Assembly: GCF_000143415.4 (NCBI RefSeq)
Contig: NW_003314313.1
Location: 204,418 to 268,417, forward strand
Length of the DNA stretch: 64,000 nucleotides
Source of the DNA: Selaginella moellendorffii
Taxonomy: Eukaryota > Plantae > Lycopodiophyta
Direction of reading: 5' to 3'
The translations under genes and the position numbers were made by a program. The notes beneath the pieces are model-generated. The model saw only the letters and a list, made by a program, of their open reading frames with translations. It did not search any database and had not been told where the DNA came from. Shown piece by piece: positions 23,065 through 36,426 of this stretch. Position 1 is the first letter of the stretch. The number at the start of each line of letters is the position of its first letter.

Positions 23065-25851
23065 ATGATCATCGGAGCTGGATACGCTGCGCTCATCACT
23101 GGCGCTGGCTCTGGAATCGGTAAATTTCGTGTTCCATGCCTGGATTTCGGCCGATCTTTTGTTCTTTGCGATGTCTAGGACGAGCGCTAGCGCTTGCGCT
23201 CGCTGAGAAGGGCGCCAGTGTCTCCATTGTCGATTTCGACTCTGGAAATGGCCTGGAGACGCTCAATCTAGTGAAGGAAGTCCATTCCAGGCTCGGCATC
23301 TCGGGCACGGCGGCCATTTTTGTCCAGTGCGATGTTACAAAACCTGGTATGCTCACAAACACAGCTCATTTTTATGTCAAGTACTAATACTTCGCTGTTT
23401 TAGAGGAACTTTCTCTCGCGTTTGCGAAGCACAACTCAGCGTTTGGACGACTCGATGTTTGCATCAACTCTGCTGGGATTGGAGGCAATTCTGATTTTAT
23501 AAACGATGACAAAGGAACGTGGAGGCGAGTGATCGATGTGAATTTTGTGGCAATTGTGGAGTGTACCCGGCAAGCGGTGTGTTTGTGCTCGAGCTCATCC
23601 ATGACTATAGAGTTTAAAGTCTCTTTTACTGGGCTTTACAGGTCAAAGCAATGCGAGCTCGGGGACAACCGGGAGTGATCATAAACCTGGCATCTGCGGC
23701 GGGATTATATCCGGCTCCCCTGATGCCAATCTACTCCGGAAGTAAAGGTAAAAGCTCAAAAGGTGGTCGCATTTCATTTTACTGTCGAAACACTACATTT
23801 TTCTAGGTGGTGTTGTGTTGTTTACGAGATCGCTATCAAGACTGCGCAGAGAAAAAATACGAGTGAACGCGCTCTGTCCCGAGGTCAGTGCACCGTTTAC
23901 AATTTTTTTCGATTTTGACATACATGCTAGCTTCCAGTTTATCGAGACTCCAATGGCGAAGTCTCTGGATAGGAAAATAATAGACATAACCGGAGGTTAT
24001 CTATCAATGGACAAGCTTATTCACGGTAAGGTGTATATTTAACTATTCAGAAGCAACGTCGTGTTTTTTTATTCCTCAGGGGCCTTTCAGCTCATTGAAG
24101 ATGATAGCAAAGGAGGTGTTTGTCTTTGGATAACAAACAGGCGTGGTCCGGAGTATTGGCCTTCAGAAGAAGAGGAAAACAAGTTCCTGGTACACGGTAG
24201 AAGAAAAAGAATCCCTCAAGAATCGAAAGGACTTCCGTCTCCAAATCTGCCTACGTCCTTTGATCAACTGTAAGTGATTTTTTATATTATGATCCTGTTT
24301 CTACAATTGCTGTTTTCAGGATGGTTCATAAGCTGAGCAGCAATTTTCGTGTGGCCACGAAAATCGTCACGGTACCACTAAGACTTCCTGTGAGAGAAGG
24401 CCACGTACTTATAAAGAACTACTATGCTGGTGTGAATGCAAGTGATGTAAGTAAGCGTGCAACTCTTTTTTATCTTACATATGCTTATGTTTCAGGTGAA
24501 CTATAGCTCTGGACGTTATTTTGCAAATGAGAAAGAAGCATTGTCGCGCCTCCCTTTTGTTGCTGGCTTTGAGGTAATTTTGACTTTTATTAGATTTCTA
24601 TGTAAGTTTTTCTTTTCTGCGCTTTGCAGTCCGTTGGAGTGGTTGCAGGCATTGGACCTGGCGTAGCTCTAGATGAGATTGCGCTAGGATCTGCTGTTGC
24701 AACCTTTAGCTACGGGGGTTTTACAGAATACTCACAGGTTTAGCAAAAGAAAAGTGAAATTTTTGTTCTAACTAGATTTGCAGGTTCCTGCAAAGTCTGT
24801 CATTCCTGTTCCTTCCCCAACTCCTGAAGTTGTGGCTATACTTGTCTCTGGACTGACGGCTTCTCTTGGTTTGCAAGAGGTAGTGGTGCTATCTTTCCAC
24901 GTAAAGACTGATTGCCATCCCGTTTGCAGGCTGGCAAGATGAGATCAGGTGAAACTGTTCTTGTGACCGCTGCAGCTGGAGGAACTGGACAATTTGCTGT
25001 ACAGGTAGTGCTTTTATCAGTACTTACAAGTGATAGTTCTTTGATTTCTATTTTAGTTGGCAAAACTAGCAGGCAATAAAGTGATTGGCACCTGTGGTGG
25101 AAGTGACAAAGCTGCATTGCTTTCGTCGCTTGGGGTGGACAGGGTTATAGATTACAAAGCGGAAGACATAAAAACGGTATGTAAGAAGTGCTATGGAGTA
25201 TCTAACAGATGAACAGGTTTTGAAGAAAGAATATCCACGTGGAGTAGACCTTGTCTACGAATCTGTTGGCGGGACGATGTTTGACACATGCCTGAATGCT
25301 CTTGCAACTTTTGGACGTCTGATCGTCATAGGAATGATATCACAGGTGTGTTAATGTTGTATTTTAGCCGCCATATGAAAACGCTTTCTTGCAGTATCAA
25401 GGAGAAGGTGGATGGCAACCAAGAAACTATCCTGGACTTTGCGAGAAGTTGCTGTGGAAATCGCAAACCATCGTAAGCAAGTGCTGCCATAATGCTGCTT
25501 TGCTAACAAGGTTATCCAGGTTGGATTCTACTTAATGCATCACAATAAGCTTTGGAAAGAACACGTTGCGAAACTTCATAGCCTACACAGTCGGGGGAAG
25601 CTAAAGGTATCGTGCTTATCTGCTCTTTGAGCGAGAATACAACCTACTTCTCTGCAGATTGCAGTTGATCCAACACCCTTTACTGGCCTAAGCTCTGCAT
25701 GTGATGCTGTGGAGTACCTTCATTCTGGAAAAAGTGTTGGCAAGGTATTGCGATTTGATTGAAATGATGCGCACTAATTTCATGACTTTGTCTCCAGGTT
25801 ATCATAAGAATTTCCATGGATGCTCCAGCGCTTCAAATCTCACGTTTGTGA
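23065..25851 (+). CDS. SDR + MDR (ZADH2/quinone-reductase-like) fusion oxidoreductase, At1g49670-like, with C-terminal PTS1 SRL
   Basis: [69 protein letters not shown]...ISRL*. Confidence 0.88.
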
Positions 25852-26035
25852 TGTATTGACACCTGACCTATACTTTTTGGTCTTTCCTTTCTGCGAATAA
25901 GAGCTTACACGTCAGTTTAGATTCCGCGCCAATCCAAACAGGTAGCAATCTAAAGTTTTCGAGTTTGATACGATAAGAGAATGCGACAAATTTTTTTAGC
26001 TCTTTAAGCGTTTGAAAAGACGCTTGTGTGCAGCC

Positions 26036-27941
26036 ATGCAGGCGATGGATCTCTGGCTTCCTTCCATTGCAGTGGCCTTGATCATCGTCCTTATCTCGTG
26101 CATTCTCAACTTCAACAGCTGGTTTTATGCTCCGAAGCTTAGACCTGGATCGCCACCATTGCCACCAGGTTCGCTTGGTTGGCCTGTTTTCGGAAACATG
26201 GGAGATTTCTTACAGGCCTTCAAGTCAAGCAATCCGGAGTCCTTTGTAGGGGGTTTCATTTCCAAGTAAGTGTTAATTTCCTTTTTCTTTTCAAAACCTC
26301 TGCTTTTCTTGCAGGTATGGATGTGGAGGCCTGTATAAAGCGTTTTTGTTCAGGCAGCCCACCATTCTGGCCACATCAGCGGAAGTATGTAAGACCGTGC
26401 TTTGTAACCATGATGTTTTTGAGATCGGATGGCCAGAGCGAGTGGTGAAAGAGCTTCTGGGACTGAAGGTTCTCTCGGCAGTGACGGGCGACGATCATTT
26501 GAAGCTCAGCAAACTGGTCAAGCCGGCTTTAAGTTCACCGAAAGCAATTCAGCATCAAATGCCTTGCATTGAAGAAAACGTGAAGAAATTGCTAGACGAA
26601 TGGGCGGATCGAGGCAACATCGTCTTTCTAGATGAAGCAAGAATGGTGAGCGAGCCTCAAAACAATCCGCAAAATTCTAACCTGCTTTTTGTTTCTGTCG
26701 TTTCTGTAGTTTACGTTGAAAACTATTCACGAGATTCTAGTAGGAGAGGATACAGGGATTGATTTCAAACAGGTGTCTGGGCTGTTTCACACCATGAACA
26801 AGGGTCTGCGTGCTTTACCACTCAACTTTCCTGGCACTGCTTACAGTAACGCTGTCAAGGTTCTTGTTCTTCTTCTTCTTCTTCTTCTTTTTTCTCCGTC
26901 TTAAGTTTGTGCTTGGTTCGTCCAGGCACGCGCAACGTTGGCAAATGACTTCTGGCGAATATTCTACGAAAGAAAGGAAAGCAAGAAGAGAGGAGGAGAT
27001 ACTTTGTCCATGCTGCTGGACGCCACAGACGAGGGCGGTCAACCTCTAGAAGATGATCAAATCGTGGATTTGATCATGTCTTTTATGAACGGAGGGCACG
27101 AATCCACGGCACATCTCGTCACCTGGTTGGCCATCCTCCTGAAAGAGCACCCTGCTGTTTACCAAAGACTCAAGGTATCCATTTCGCTTTCAGTATGAAT
27201 ATTTTCTTAGTGTTTTTTGCAGGCTGAACAAGATGAAATCGCGCTCAAGAAAATGCCTGGCGAAAGCCTTACACTAGCTGACATGAGGAGCATGACTTAC
27301 ATGTCTAGAGTATGCTAAAGTTTCTTCGAGTTCTTTATGACCGCTGACTTTCTGTGAAGGTGATTGATGAGACCCTGAGGCTGATTAACATTTCCCCGTT
27401 TGTCTTTCGGAAAGTTCTCAGCGACGTGCAGCTAAACGGTGAGTAAACTTCTAGAGAGCTTTTGAAAAGGATATATGCTTGACCAACGAATTCACCAGGC
27501 TACACAATCCCGAGAGGATGGTTCGTAGAGGCGTGGCTACGACAAGTACACATGGATCCCCTCGTGCACAAGAACCCGAGAGAGTTTGATCCCGACCGCT
27601 GGATTGTAAGCGTTTTGTTTCTTTGGTCGTATTCCCTACGTTAACCGGAAGTTTCTGTGTCAAGAACGAGAAGCCTCAGCCTCATACGTACGTTGCCTTC
27701 GGCTTGGGCAATCGAAAGTGTCCCGGAAGCAACCTCTCCAAGATCCAGAGCAGCATCATCATCCACCATCTCATCACGAAATACAAGTAAGCATAACGTT
27801 TTCCATCTTTTGCATTGGAAGGCTCACACACACCAACACAGCTGGGAGCCATTGAATCCACACTACAAGCTCGTATATCTCCCACACCCAAGGCCCGCCG
27901 ACCACTATCCCGTCAAGATCACGAAGCGAGCACTTGTCTAG
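26036..27941 (+). CDS. Cytochrome P450, CYP88 family (ent-kaurenoic acid oxidase-like)
   Basis: [30 protein letters not shown]-helix [19 protein letters not shown], heme motif [17 protein letters not shown]. Confidence 0.88.
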
Positions 27942-28281
27942 GATCTCTCTTCACGCCTTGGAGAAAGTAAGCACCATTTCTCACAGAGACTGTGATTTGG
28001 CTGTAAGAATCTATGTCCCTGGAACTAACCGCCAGATTTGTTGGTATTACCAGGCCATCTTCACTCCGCGCGAGGACCGCCATGGCATAGTAGAGCTGGT
28101 TCTTGGGATAAGTTAGCTTCTCGCTACGGGCCTGCGCCTCCAGAGTACACAACAAGCCTCCGTACACCTCTCGATTCTTCTCCATTAGCTGGATCGTACT
28201 GCCAGTGTTGTTGACAAAGGTAACTCCTCGAATTTGCGCTAATCTCTCGTCGCTGCTCCAGCACCCCAGCGAATTTCCCAT
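27919..28281 (-). CDS. Unknown small protein family A, copy 3 (MGNSLGC)
   Basis: VTFVNNTGSTIQLMEKNREVYG...YYAMAVL; its 3' end overlaps the CYP88 CDS by 23 bp. Confidence 0.7.
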   Translation of the reverse strand: MGNSLGCWSSDERLAQIRGVTFVNNTGSTIQLMEKNREVYGGLLCTLEAQARSEKLTYPKNQLYYAMAVLARSEDGLVIPTNLAVSSRDIDSYSQITVSVRNGAYFLQGVKRDPRQVLAS

Positions 28282-28539
28282 GGCCTGCCTAGTAGCAACA
28301 GACGTGGAGAGATCTTTGTTCCCAGGATTTTATAGAATGGTGGCCGCCACCGCGTCAAGTGACCTGACCAATTCCAATGGAACTTCCAGGAAGAGCTGTG
28401 TGTTTTAACTTATTAGGCAGCAGTCACGAGATTAGTTCATACTTGGTTACGTTTCTAAGTTCAATATCTAGAGCGTACTGAGTCCACTCTATCAAGAGAA
28501 AGAAGCTTTAGATTCTCCAAGAACTAGACAAGGAAGCCT

Positions 28540-29816
28540 TCACAGGTTCTCGACGGGAAATCCAACCACTGGAGAAACTCTCTTTGCAATGTCCCGGAGT
28601 TCCTCAACTTCGTCGGCTGTTAAGTTCCATCCGAGAGCCCCCGCGATTTCAATCGCCTGATAAGTGGAGATGCCTCTTTACTTAGCCACGAAAAAACCAT
28701 ATGAATTTTTTTTTTTTTTCTTTTAGTACCTGTTGTGCCGACTTGGCACCTGGAATGGGAACCACATTCTTCTGTGCGACCAGCCAATTGAGAGCTACCT
28801 GGAAAAGTTAAACATCGAGAAAACTTTGCGTAAGTTATGTGACTTTCAAGGCTCCACCAGAAAAAAAAACCTGTGTGGATGTCTTGCCATACTTTTCTCC
28901 TAGTTGCTTGAGCTTGTTTAGCACAGGAGAGAGCTGAGGAAGTTTCAAAAAGTTCAAAACTACAAACAAAAAAAAGAATAGTAGCTATTACCTTTGACAG
29001 GAACTCCGCATTGTAGATTCCTCCCCTGGGTCCTTTTGGTGGATTTGATGGCGTGTATTTCCCGCTCAAGATACCTGTGAGATGTTTGAGAATCCTCATC
29101 TTTTTATTTCATGTGCCTGGAAGTTACCTTGAGCGATCGGAGAATAAGCTATGAGTGTGATTCCCAGGTCGTCACAGGCTTGTTTGACGCTGTTTTCCTC
29201 TGGTTTTCGATAGATCAAGCTGTAGTTTACTTGATTCGATGCCAGGACAACTCCTCGTCTCTTCAGCTGGTCGTGAGCCCTCTTAAGCCTGTCCACTGGA
29301 AGCAAACCAAGGATTTACATTGGTTTCCAAAGTAGAAATGCCACACCTTTGTAATTGGAAACTCCTACGGCTTTTACGAGTCCTTGCTCCACAGCGTCAC
29401 CAAGACCGTCGAGATATCCTGTTACAAATACAACGTAGCAAAGAAACTAGAAAACGAGTAAAAATGAAAAAAAGAAAGAAAGAAGACACCACCTTCATTT
29501 CCCCATATGCCTGGCCTGCCATTTAATTTAGACGTGAAGTTTAGAGCGTCTTTCAAGTTAAAAGTGCCATACCAGTGGAGCTGATATAAATCGACAGACG
29601 AAAGATTGAGACGCTCCAGAGAATCCTTGAGTGCTTTGACAACGCTCCCTCGGCCAAACCTCCATGGCAGTGCAGCAAACTTCGTTGCCACTACAATCTT
29701 AGATTGTTCTTCTTGTTTGATCTCCTTGATAAACCTGCGGGAAGAAAGAGGAAAACTTGAAAAATAGAAGACAAGCTTGTTTACCTTCCTAGAAGTGTTT
29801 CAGAATTTACAGCACC
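28540..29816 (-). pseudogene. Aldo-keto reductase (At1g06690-like), 5'-truncated or interrupted
   Basis: [60 protein letters not shown]. The sequence upstream of GAVNSE is replaced by family B fragments, and no 5' exons occur in the window. Confidence 0.85.
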
Positions 29817-29819
29817 AGA

Positions 29820-30237
29820 TGTAATCGTTGCCCATGCTCTTGAGCGTGTCACTGGCCTGGAACAGGGCCCTGGATAGCAGCTTCTCGCTCGCGATTTGGC
29901 GCTGGAGCTCCGCGCAATCCTCCAATTTGAAGATGAGAGCGAGGATTGTGGCGAGCGAGGCGAGCATCGAGAGAACGAAAGGGATCCATATGCGACTTCG
30001 GGGCAAATTTGTGGCCTGGGCCAGGGCGGTGAGAATCACACCTTGCCTCCTCCTTCCAGAAATCCAGCCGCAGCCTCAGGGCCTTGTTGCCTGCGATCTG
30101 CTCGAATGGATCGACACCGCCGCCTCCTAGCAGCGCTTCCTCGTCGCGATCCTGGCCATTGCTGCTACTGCTGGCCATGGATTGATTGAGATGAGAGAGC
30201 AGGACTTCTTCGTGGTGATTCAATCCAATAGCACGAA
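29820..30237 (-). pseudogene. Chimeric family B fragment (copy-2-like 3' part + copy-3-like 5' part)
   Basis: 29821-30045 matches ~21610-21833 and 30046-30222 matches ~22720-22885. It is followed by an inverted ccaatagcacg from the copy 3 5' UTR. Confidence 0.85.
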
Positions 30238-31328
30238 AATTAATCTATAATAATAAGAACGAAGAACCCAGACCCAGGCCCGGGGCAGCCTCGGAAGCCA
30301 TGGTTAGCGGGAATATCAGCTCAATGTTGTGGTGGCCAATGGGCGGGATACACGTGTGGCTGGAAAGAGAAGAGGGCGTGGTGACAGGTGTTACACCATG
30401 CACTCCTAGGGCTCCAAAAAATTCATCTGCCACTCATCAATTCGATTGCCAATGGCCCATGGCCGATGTAAGAGCACTCCAGGTTCCTTTCAAGAGTTTT
30501 TTACTTTTTGTCCTTGGTTCTTAGATCGTTCTTCCTTTTTGATTCGTTTCTGCGACTGATGGATTGGTTTCTCTCACAGGCAGCAGCTGTTCTAGGCTAT
30601 GCTTCTCTTTTTTGTTTGCATTTCAGCCTTTGATGCCACGGCAGCCGGTAAGATTTTGTATTCTATGATGAGATTTTTTTTCTGTCCGATATTGCTTCTG
30701 TCGAATCTAAAATTTAGTTCCAGTTTCCTAGATTTTGAGGGTTGGTTTCAATGATGCGTGCTTATGGGCTTTCTTAGGTGTCTGGGATGCTGTGCCAGGT
30801 AACCTGATGCTGGCGTAGGAGCAGCACCTGGGGCTGGAGCTCAAAATTGCAAAGTTGTGGATTATGAGGCAGAGATTGGTAAACACAACATTGGAATTAT
30901 TTTGTTGTTCTTGAGTGTGCTTTGCAAAAGTCTAATATTTTCCTTTCAGATAATTACATAGTTGTGAAATTTATATATATCCAACTGCAGTCTGCATTCC
31001 TATTCTGCATAAACTTCTATACAAACTCAATTAAATATATATATATCTATTACTATAAGGAGCAAATGCCGAACTTTGTGGGCCGCTGGATCTGGCCAAT
31101 CGGGGCCATCCGATGGGGGGGTAACTGTAAAGGGGTTATTTCTTTAACCATGTGTTAGTGAATAATCGCGCTGATGTTTGCTCCTGGCCAATGGGAGGCG
31201 GCCAAGCCGCGTGTGGCGAGAGAGGAAGGCCCGGCAACGCGTGGCACATGCAAAGTGTTGACTGGAGATTGCTGTTCCATGGCATCACTTTGGGCAGGAT
31301 CAAGTCCGTCATGGCCCTTGAAGCATGC

Positions 31329-31483
31329 TGTGGATCGCAATTTCTTCCGGTAGGTAAGCAAATCCACTCCCAAATTGTTGCTGCTGGCTGGGATTCGAGC
31401 TTGATTGTGGATCGCAATTTCTTCCGGTAGGTAAGCAAATCCACTCCCAAATCGTTGCTGCTGGCTGGGATTCGAGCTTGATC
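31329..31483 (+). repeat. Two tandem ~77-bp direct repeats
   Basis: tgtggatcgcaatttcttccggtaggtaagcaaatccactcccaaat...gattcgagcttgat occurs twice. Confidence 0.85.
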
Positions 31484-31739
31484 GTGTCGTGATCTAGTTT
31501 GGTTTTGTTTTGTATGTTTTTCTAGGGTTTTTGAGACGGTGAGAGAACCCCTGCCGCTACTGCTGATTTGCGATCCAAATCGGAGGCGCTGTGTCAACGC
31601 TGGTGTCTTTGCTCCTGAGAACCCCATTGCAAGTTGTTATTTGTGAGGAGTTCCATCAAAGCAAGGTATTTGTGGTGTGTAGAATTTGTATGATCTTCAT
31701 TCTTACTCCACTGCCAGGAAATGGGATGAGGCGATTTAA

Positions 31740-31820
31740 GCTCTTAAATGCTTTAAAGCACATTCACTCAGCACAGCCTTACTCACCTGGACGTGAAGCC
31801 TGACAACATCTACATCTGCA
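31740..31820 (+). pseudogene. Captured protein-kinase catalytic-loop fragment (WEE1-like)
   Basis: LLNALKHIHS, then after a frameshift HLDVKPDNIYI, resembling plant WEE1 subdomain VIb. Confidence 0.55.
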
Positions 31821-32353
31821 ATTGCCGCCACGCAACGGGATGATCCTCCATTCGAGCTCGCAGATCTGAGGCGCCGCACTGCTCCACGAATTCCCAGGCT
31901 GATCAATTGGAGCGCGCGCCTCGTAGATCCCAATTTGGTGGACGAACATGGCGCTTGCAGTGAGGTAGAAAAAATGTAAGTCTTGCGAGAAGACACTGTA
32001 TCAGGTAACACACATCGATCTGCTCTTTTTTGGCATCACCCGATTGCATCGAAAAGGTTAGTTTTTATGCCTATCCATACCCCTCAGTAAATATCTTTTG
32101 TTTTCTATCTGCCCTAATAATTGATCTCCATTTCCAAAAGAAACTGTTGAAAATAATGTCATGCCTTCAACATGTACTGAATGCTATTCGACACAGACAT
32201 ACACATTCCACGTACAATGATAATGTTGAAGACACTAACCAGCACCAGCATACATATAGCTTTTACAACAGTAATATTCAAGAGGATACAGAGAATTGAC
32301 ATCAAACAAATCTTAATAATCACATTGAACAGCAGTCAATTTTCAATTCCTAT

Positions 32354-35300
32354 TTGCCCCCTTCACCTCAGATTTGCAGCACACTTGCTAGCAATTACCT
32401 ATATAATGATAAATCTGTTTTGACATTGAATATAGGTCCCTTATCATATATTTGTAAGTATTGTCATGCCTCACACTTTGCCGATGAGAACAAGTCTATT
32501 TGTTGCCAGAGTGGACAGGTCTACCTGCCTTCAATACTTCCATTACCACCTTTTTTGTATTCTGTATATAACTCACACAAACACTCTAATTTCAAGAGTA
32601 ATATAAGACAATATAATAGTGCACTTGCTTTTGCATTTATGGGAGCTAGCATTGATACTTTTACAGGTTATGGTCCATACTACTATAGAATTCATGGACA
32701 AATCTATCACAAAATTATGCCACAACATCCTTCAATACATCAAAATCCAAGCTACAGTCAATTGTACATGCTAGACTCCAATGAGGCTACTGATATCAGA
32801 AAACAAAACCCTTTTAACATTAACTGTGATTATAATTTACTGCTTCAACTAGATATGATACTTTGACATATTAATCTATATGCACAAGCTTTTAGAATGA
32901 TGTATGAATTGGAATGGGAAAATATTTCAAGAACTATTATTTCTGGTAGCAATTTACGTGGAGTTTATATGCTTATTAAAAATGAAGGCACAGACCATTG
33001 TCGATATAATACTCCACAAACTAGTGATGTTGCAATAGTTTTCCAAAGTGAAGATGGTGTGCCACCTTTTGACCGTGAAATATGCATTCATCCAAAATCA
33101 TCAGAGCCACAATATATATCTATTTTAAATGCTAATTGTGATCCTATGGTTTATCCATTGCTTTTTCCACATGGAGATAGAGCTTGGCATGACAAGCTTT
33201 CTTCTAACAAGCATGTAACACTCTTTCAATATTATGCGTATCGTTTGTCCAAAAGAGATTCAACATTATCAACCTCTACAGTTACATATGACCAAATTTT
33301 ACATGCTGGAAAACTCACCCAACAATATATTGTAGATGCCTATGTCAAAATTGAAAGCAACAATTTACAATACTATAAATCTAATCAAAAAAATATGAGA
33401 GTTGATTTTTATACAGGTTTGATGGATTATGTTGCTGGCAAAGCTGTTGATGCAAATGCTCGACCAGGAAAAATTGTTATTTTACCTTTTACTTTTACAG
33501 GAAGCCCAAGAGCTATGCAACAAAATTACCAAAATGCTATGGCAATTGTAACAAAACACTCAAAACTTGATATTTTCATAACTTTCACTTGCAACCCTAA
33601 ATGGCTTGAGATATTACAAAATCTGCACCCTAATGAAGGATCTGAAGACCGACCTGATTTAGTTGCTAGGGTTTTTAACATGAAGCTAAAATATTTTCTC
33701 CATGATATTACACAAAATAATATCTTTGGAAGATGTATTGCATTTATATATGTCATTGAGTTCCAAAAAAAAGGTTTGCCACATTGTCATTTCCTAGGCA
33801 TATTAGATAATGAAAGTAAAATTAAAGACCGTGACACTATTGACCAATATATATCTGCTCAATTACCTAACCTTTATCAGAGCCCAAACTATTTGAAATA
33901 ATCACATCACATATGATACATGGTCCATGTGGATTACTAAATCCTCAAAGTCCATGTATGGAAAACAAAAAATGCTTTAAAAACTATCCCAAAAACTTCA
34001 ATGATGGAACTACATATTGTGTGGATGGGTACCTAGAATATTTTAGGCCAAACAATGGTCGCACCTTTTTTAAAAATGATGTTCCAATTGATAACAGATG
34101 GATTGTCCCATATAATAAATATTTATGTAAAAAATACAAAGTCCATATAAATATAGAAATATGTGCATCAATTAAAAGTATTAAGTATCTTTTTCAATAT
34201 TTTTATAAAGGATATGATTGTGCAACCATTCAAATCCAAACAGCTACTCAGTCTGAAAATGTATTAAATTGGGATGAAATCACAAATTTTATAAATACCC
34301 GATACATTTTAGCAACGGAAGCTATTTGGAGGATATTTAAATTTAAAATGCATGGACGCTTACACCCTATAATACGTCTGCTCGTACATCTTCCTGACTT
34401 CTAAAATGTGTATTTTACAGAAGGCTCGAAGCACAATGCCTTACAAAAAGCAGCACGTAATGGAACAATGCTAACAAAATGGTTCGAACTCAATATTCAT
34501 GATCTGAATGCAAGACAATATACCTATGTTGAAATACCTTTACATTATGTTTTCAATAAATCTGCTAATGTATGGCAACGTTGAAAAAAGAAAAAGGTTA
34601 TTCCTCAACTATACTCAGTATCTCCTCTAAATACCGAGTTGTACCACTTACGTATTATTCTTCTTCATAAAAAAGGAGCGACATCCTTCAACAATATTAA
34701 AACAATTAATGATGTAACTTACCAAAGCTTTCAATAAGCTACTGTTGCTATGGGTCTTCTTGATGATGATAACGAGTGGTATAATTATTTACAAGAAGCA
34801 TGCAATTTTCAAATGCTTACACAATTGCATCAACTCTTTACTTTCATATGTATTTTTTGCAATCCACAAGACCCACCATATCTTTGGGATGTTTTTAAGG
34901 ATCAGCTCTCTGAAGATTTTGGTAGAACAAATATTGTATGCCGATATAAACTTGCTCTAATAGACATTAACTCAAGAATGAAAATACATGGTAAAACAAA
35001 CCAATTATACAATTTACCTATCCCAATCCTAAATACCTCTATTCAACCAATACCAAATTGCAACCATTTATATACAGAAATTTATCATTATATTAGAAAC
35101 TTGAATGTTGAACAATTAGCTATATTCAATGAAATTGTTAATATTGTTGAGTGCCCGACCGATACCAACTATTTTATTTTTATTGATGGCCCTGGTGGTA
35201 CTAGCAAAACATATTTATTAAATACAATGGTAAAATATTTTGAGTTCTACAATAAAAAAGTGGTTTGTATGGCATGGACAGGCATTACAAGCACACTACT

Positions 35301-36426
35301 ACACAATAGACAAACATCCTATACAACCTTTAAGTTACCAGTTCCAATTAATGATACATCTGTTTCTAGTTTAACACCTAATAACAGTGCCGGTAGATTT
35401 ATGAAAGCAGTACAAGTGCTTATTTGGGATGAAATTAGTATGGTTCATACACTTGCCTTTTCAGCTGTCGACCACTACTTACGAGACTTGAAACAGAACA
35501 ATTCTCCATTCGGTGGCATTGTTATTGTTACAAGTGGTGACTTCCGTCAAACATTACCAATTGTCCCACATAGTCATCGAGCATAGATTGTTTCCACATC
35601 TGTAAGAATGAATAGTCTATGGAATTTATTTAGAAAGTTTCAATTGCAAACAAATATGCGGCTTGGCCATAAGTTCCCAGACTGGCAGAATTAGCTATTG
35701 AAAGTTGGTGATGGAAATAATTACACACAAAACCCTATTTTACCACTTGATTCTATCCTTTTTCCTTCAAAACTAATTAGAAGTACCTCTATTACTGATT
35801 TCGTATTCCTATGTATTGAAGATATTTCAAATGTTCAAATTGCAGCAAATAGAGCCATTTTAACACCTCTCAATGATGATACATTTCCAATTAACAACAA
35901 TATCATCTCTTAATTACCAGGTCCATCTCAAATTTATACTAGCATTGACTCCGTTGATGTTGAACACCATGAAGATTTCCCAATTAAATTTCTAAACTCT
36001 ATCACTCCCTCTGGACTACCACTACACAAATTGATACTAAAAGAAGGTTGTATAGTTATTCTTTTGAGAAATATATCTCCAACAATTGGATTATGCAATG
36101 GAACTCGACTAATGGTCAAAAGAACTTCACCTAAACTTTTGGACTGTGAAATAATTACAAGTGAATTTAAAGGTACTAGAACTTTTATCCCATACATTAA
36201 CTTAACACTCTCTGATTCAGATGTCCCATTCCATATGTCTCGAAAACAATTTCCTCTTTGTCTTGGATACTACTTAACAATTTCAAAATGCCAAGGTCAA
36301 ACATTTGATCGTGTAGGTATTTACTTACCCCAGCTAGTCTTTACCCATGGGCAGCTCTATGTTGCACTCTCAAGATGCACATCACCACAACAACTTGCAA
36401 TTCGAGTTGACACAACTCATACATAA
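32354..36426 (+). pseudogene. Helitron Rep/PIF1 helicase with premature stops
   Basis: Rep motifs FITFTCNPKW and VIEFQKKGLPHCH; helicase motifs IDGPGGTSKT, DEISM, GDFRQTLP, TISKCQGQT and HGQLYVALSR. Confidence 0.93.
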
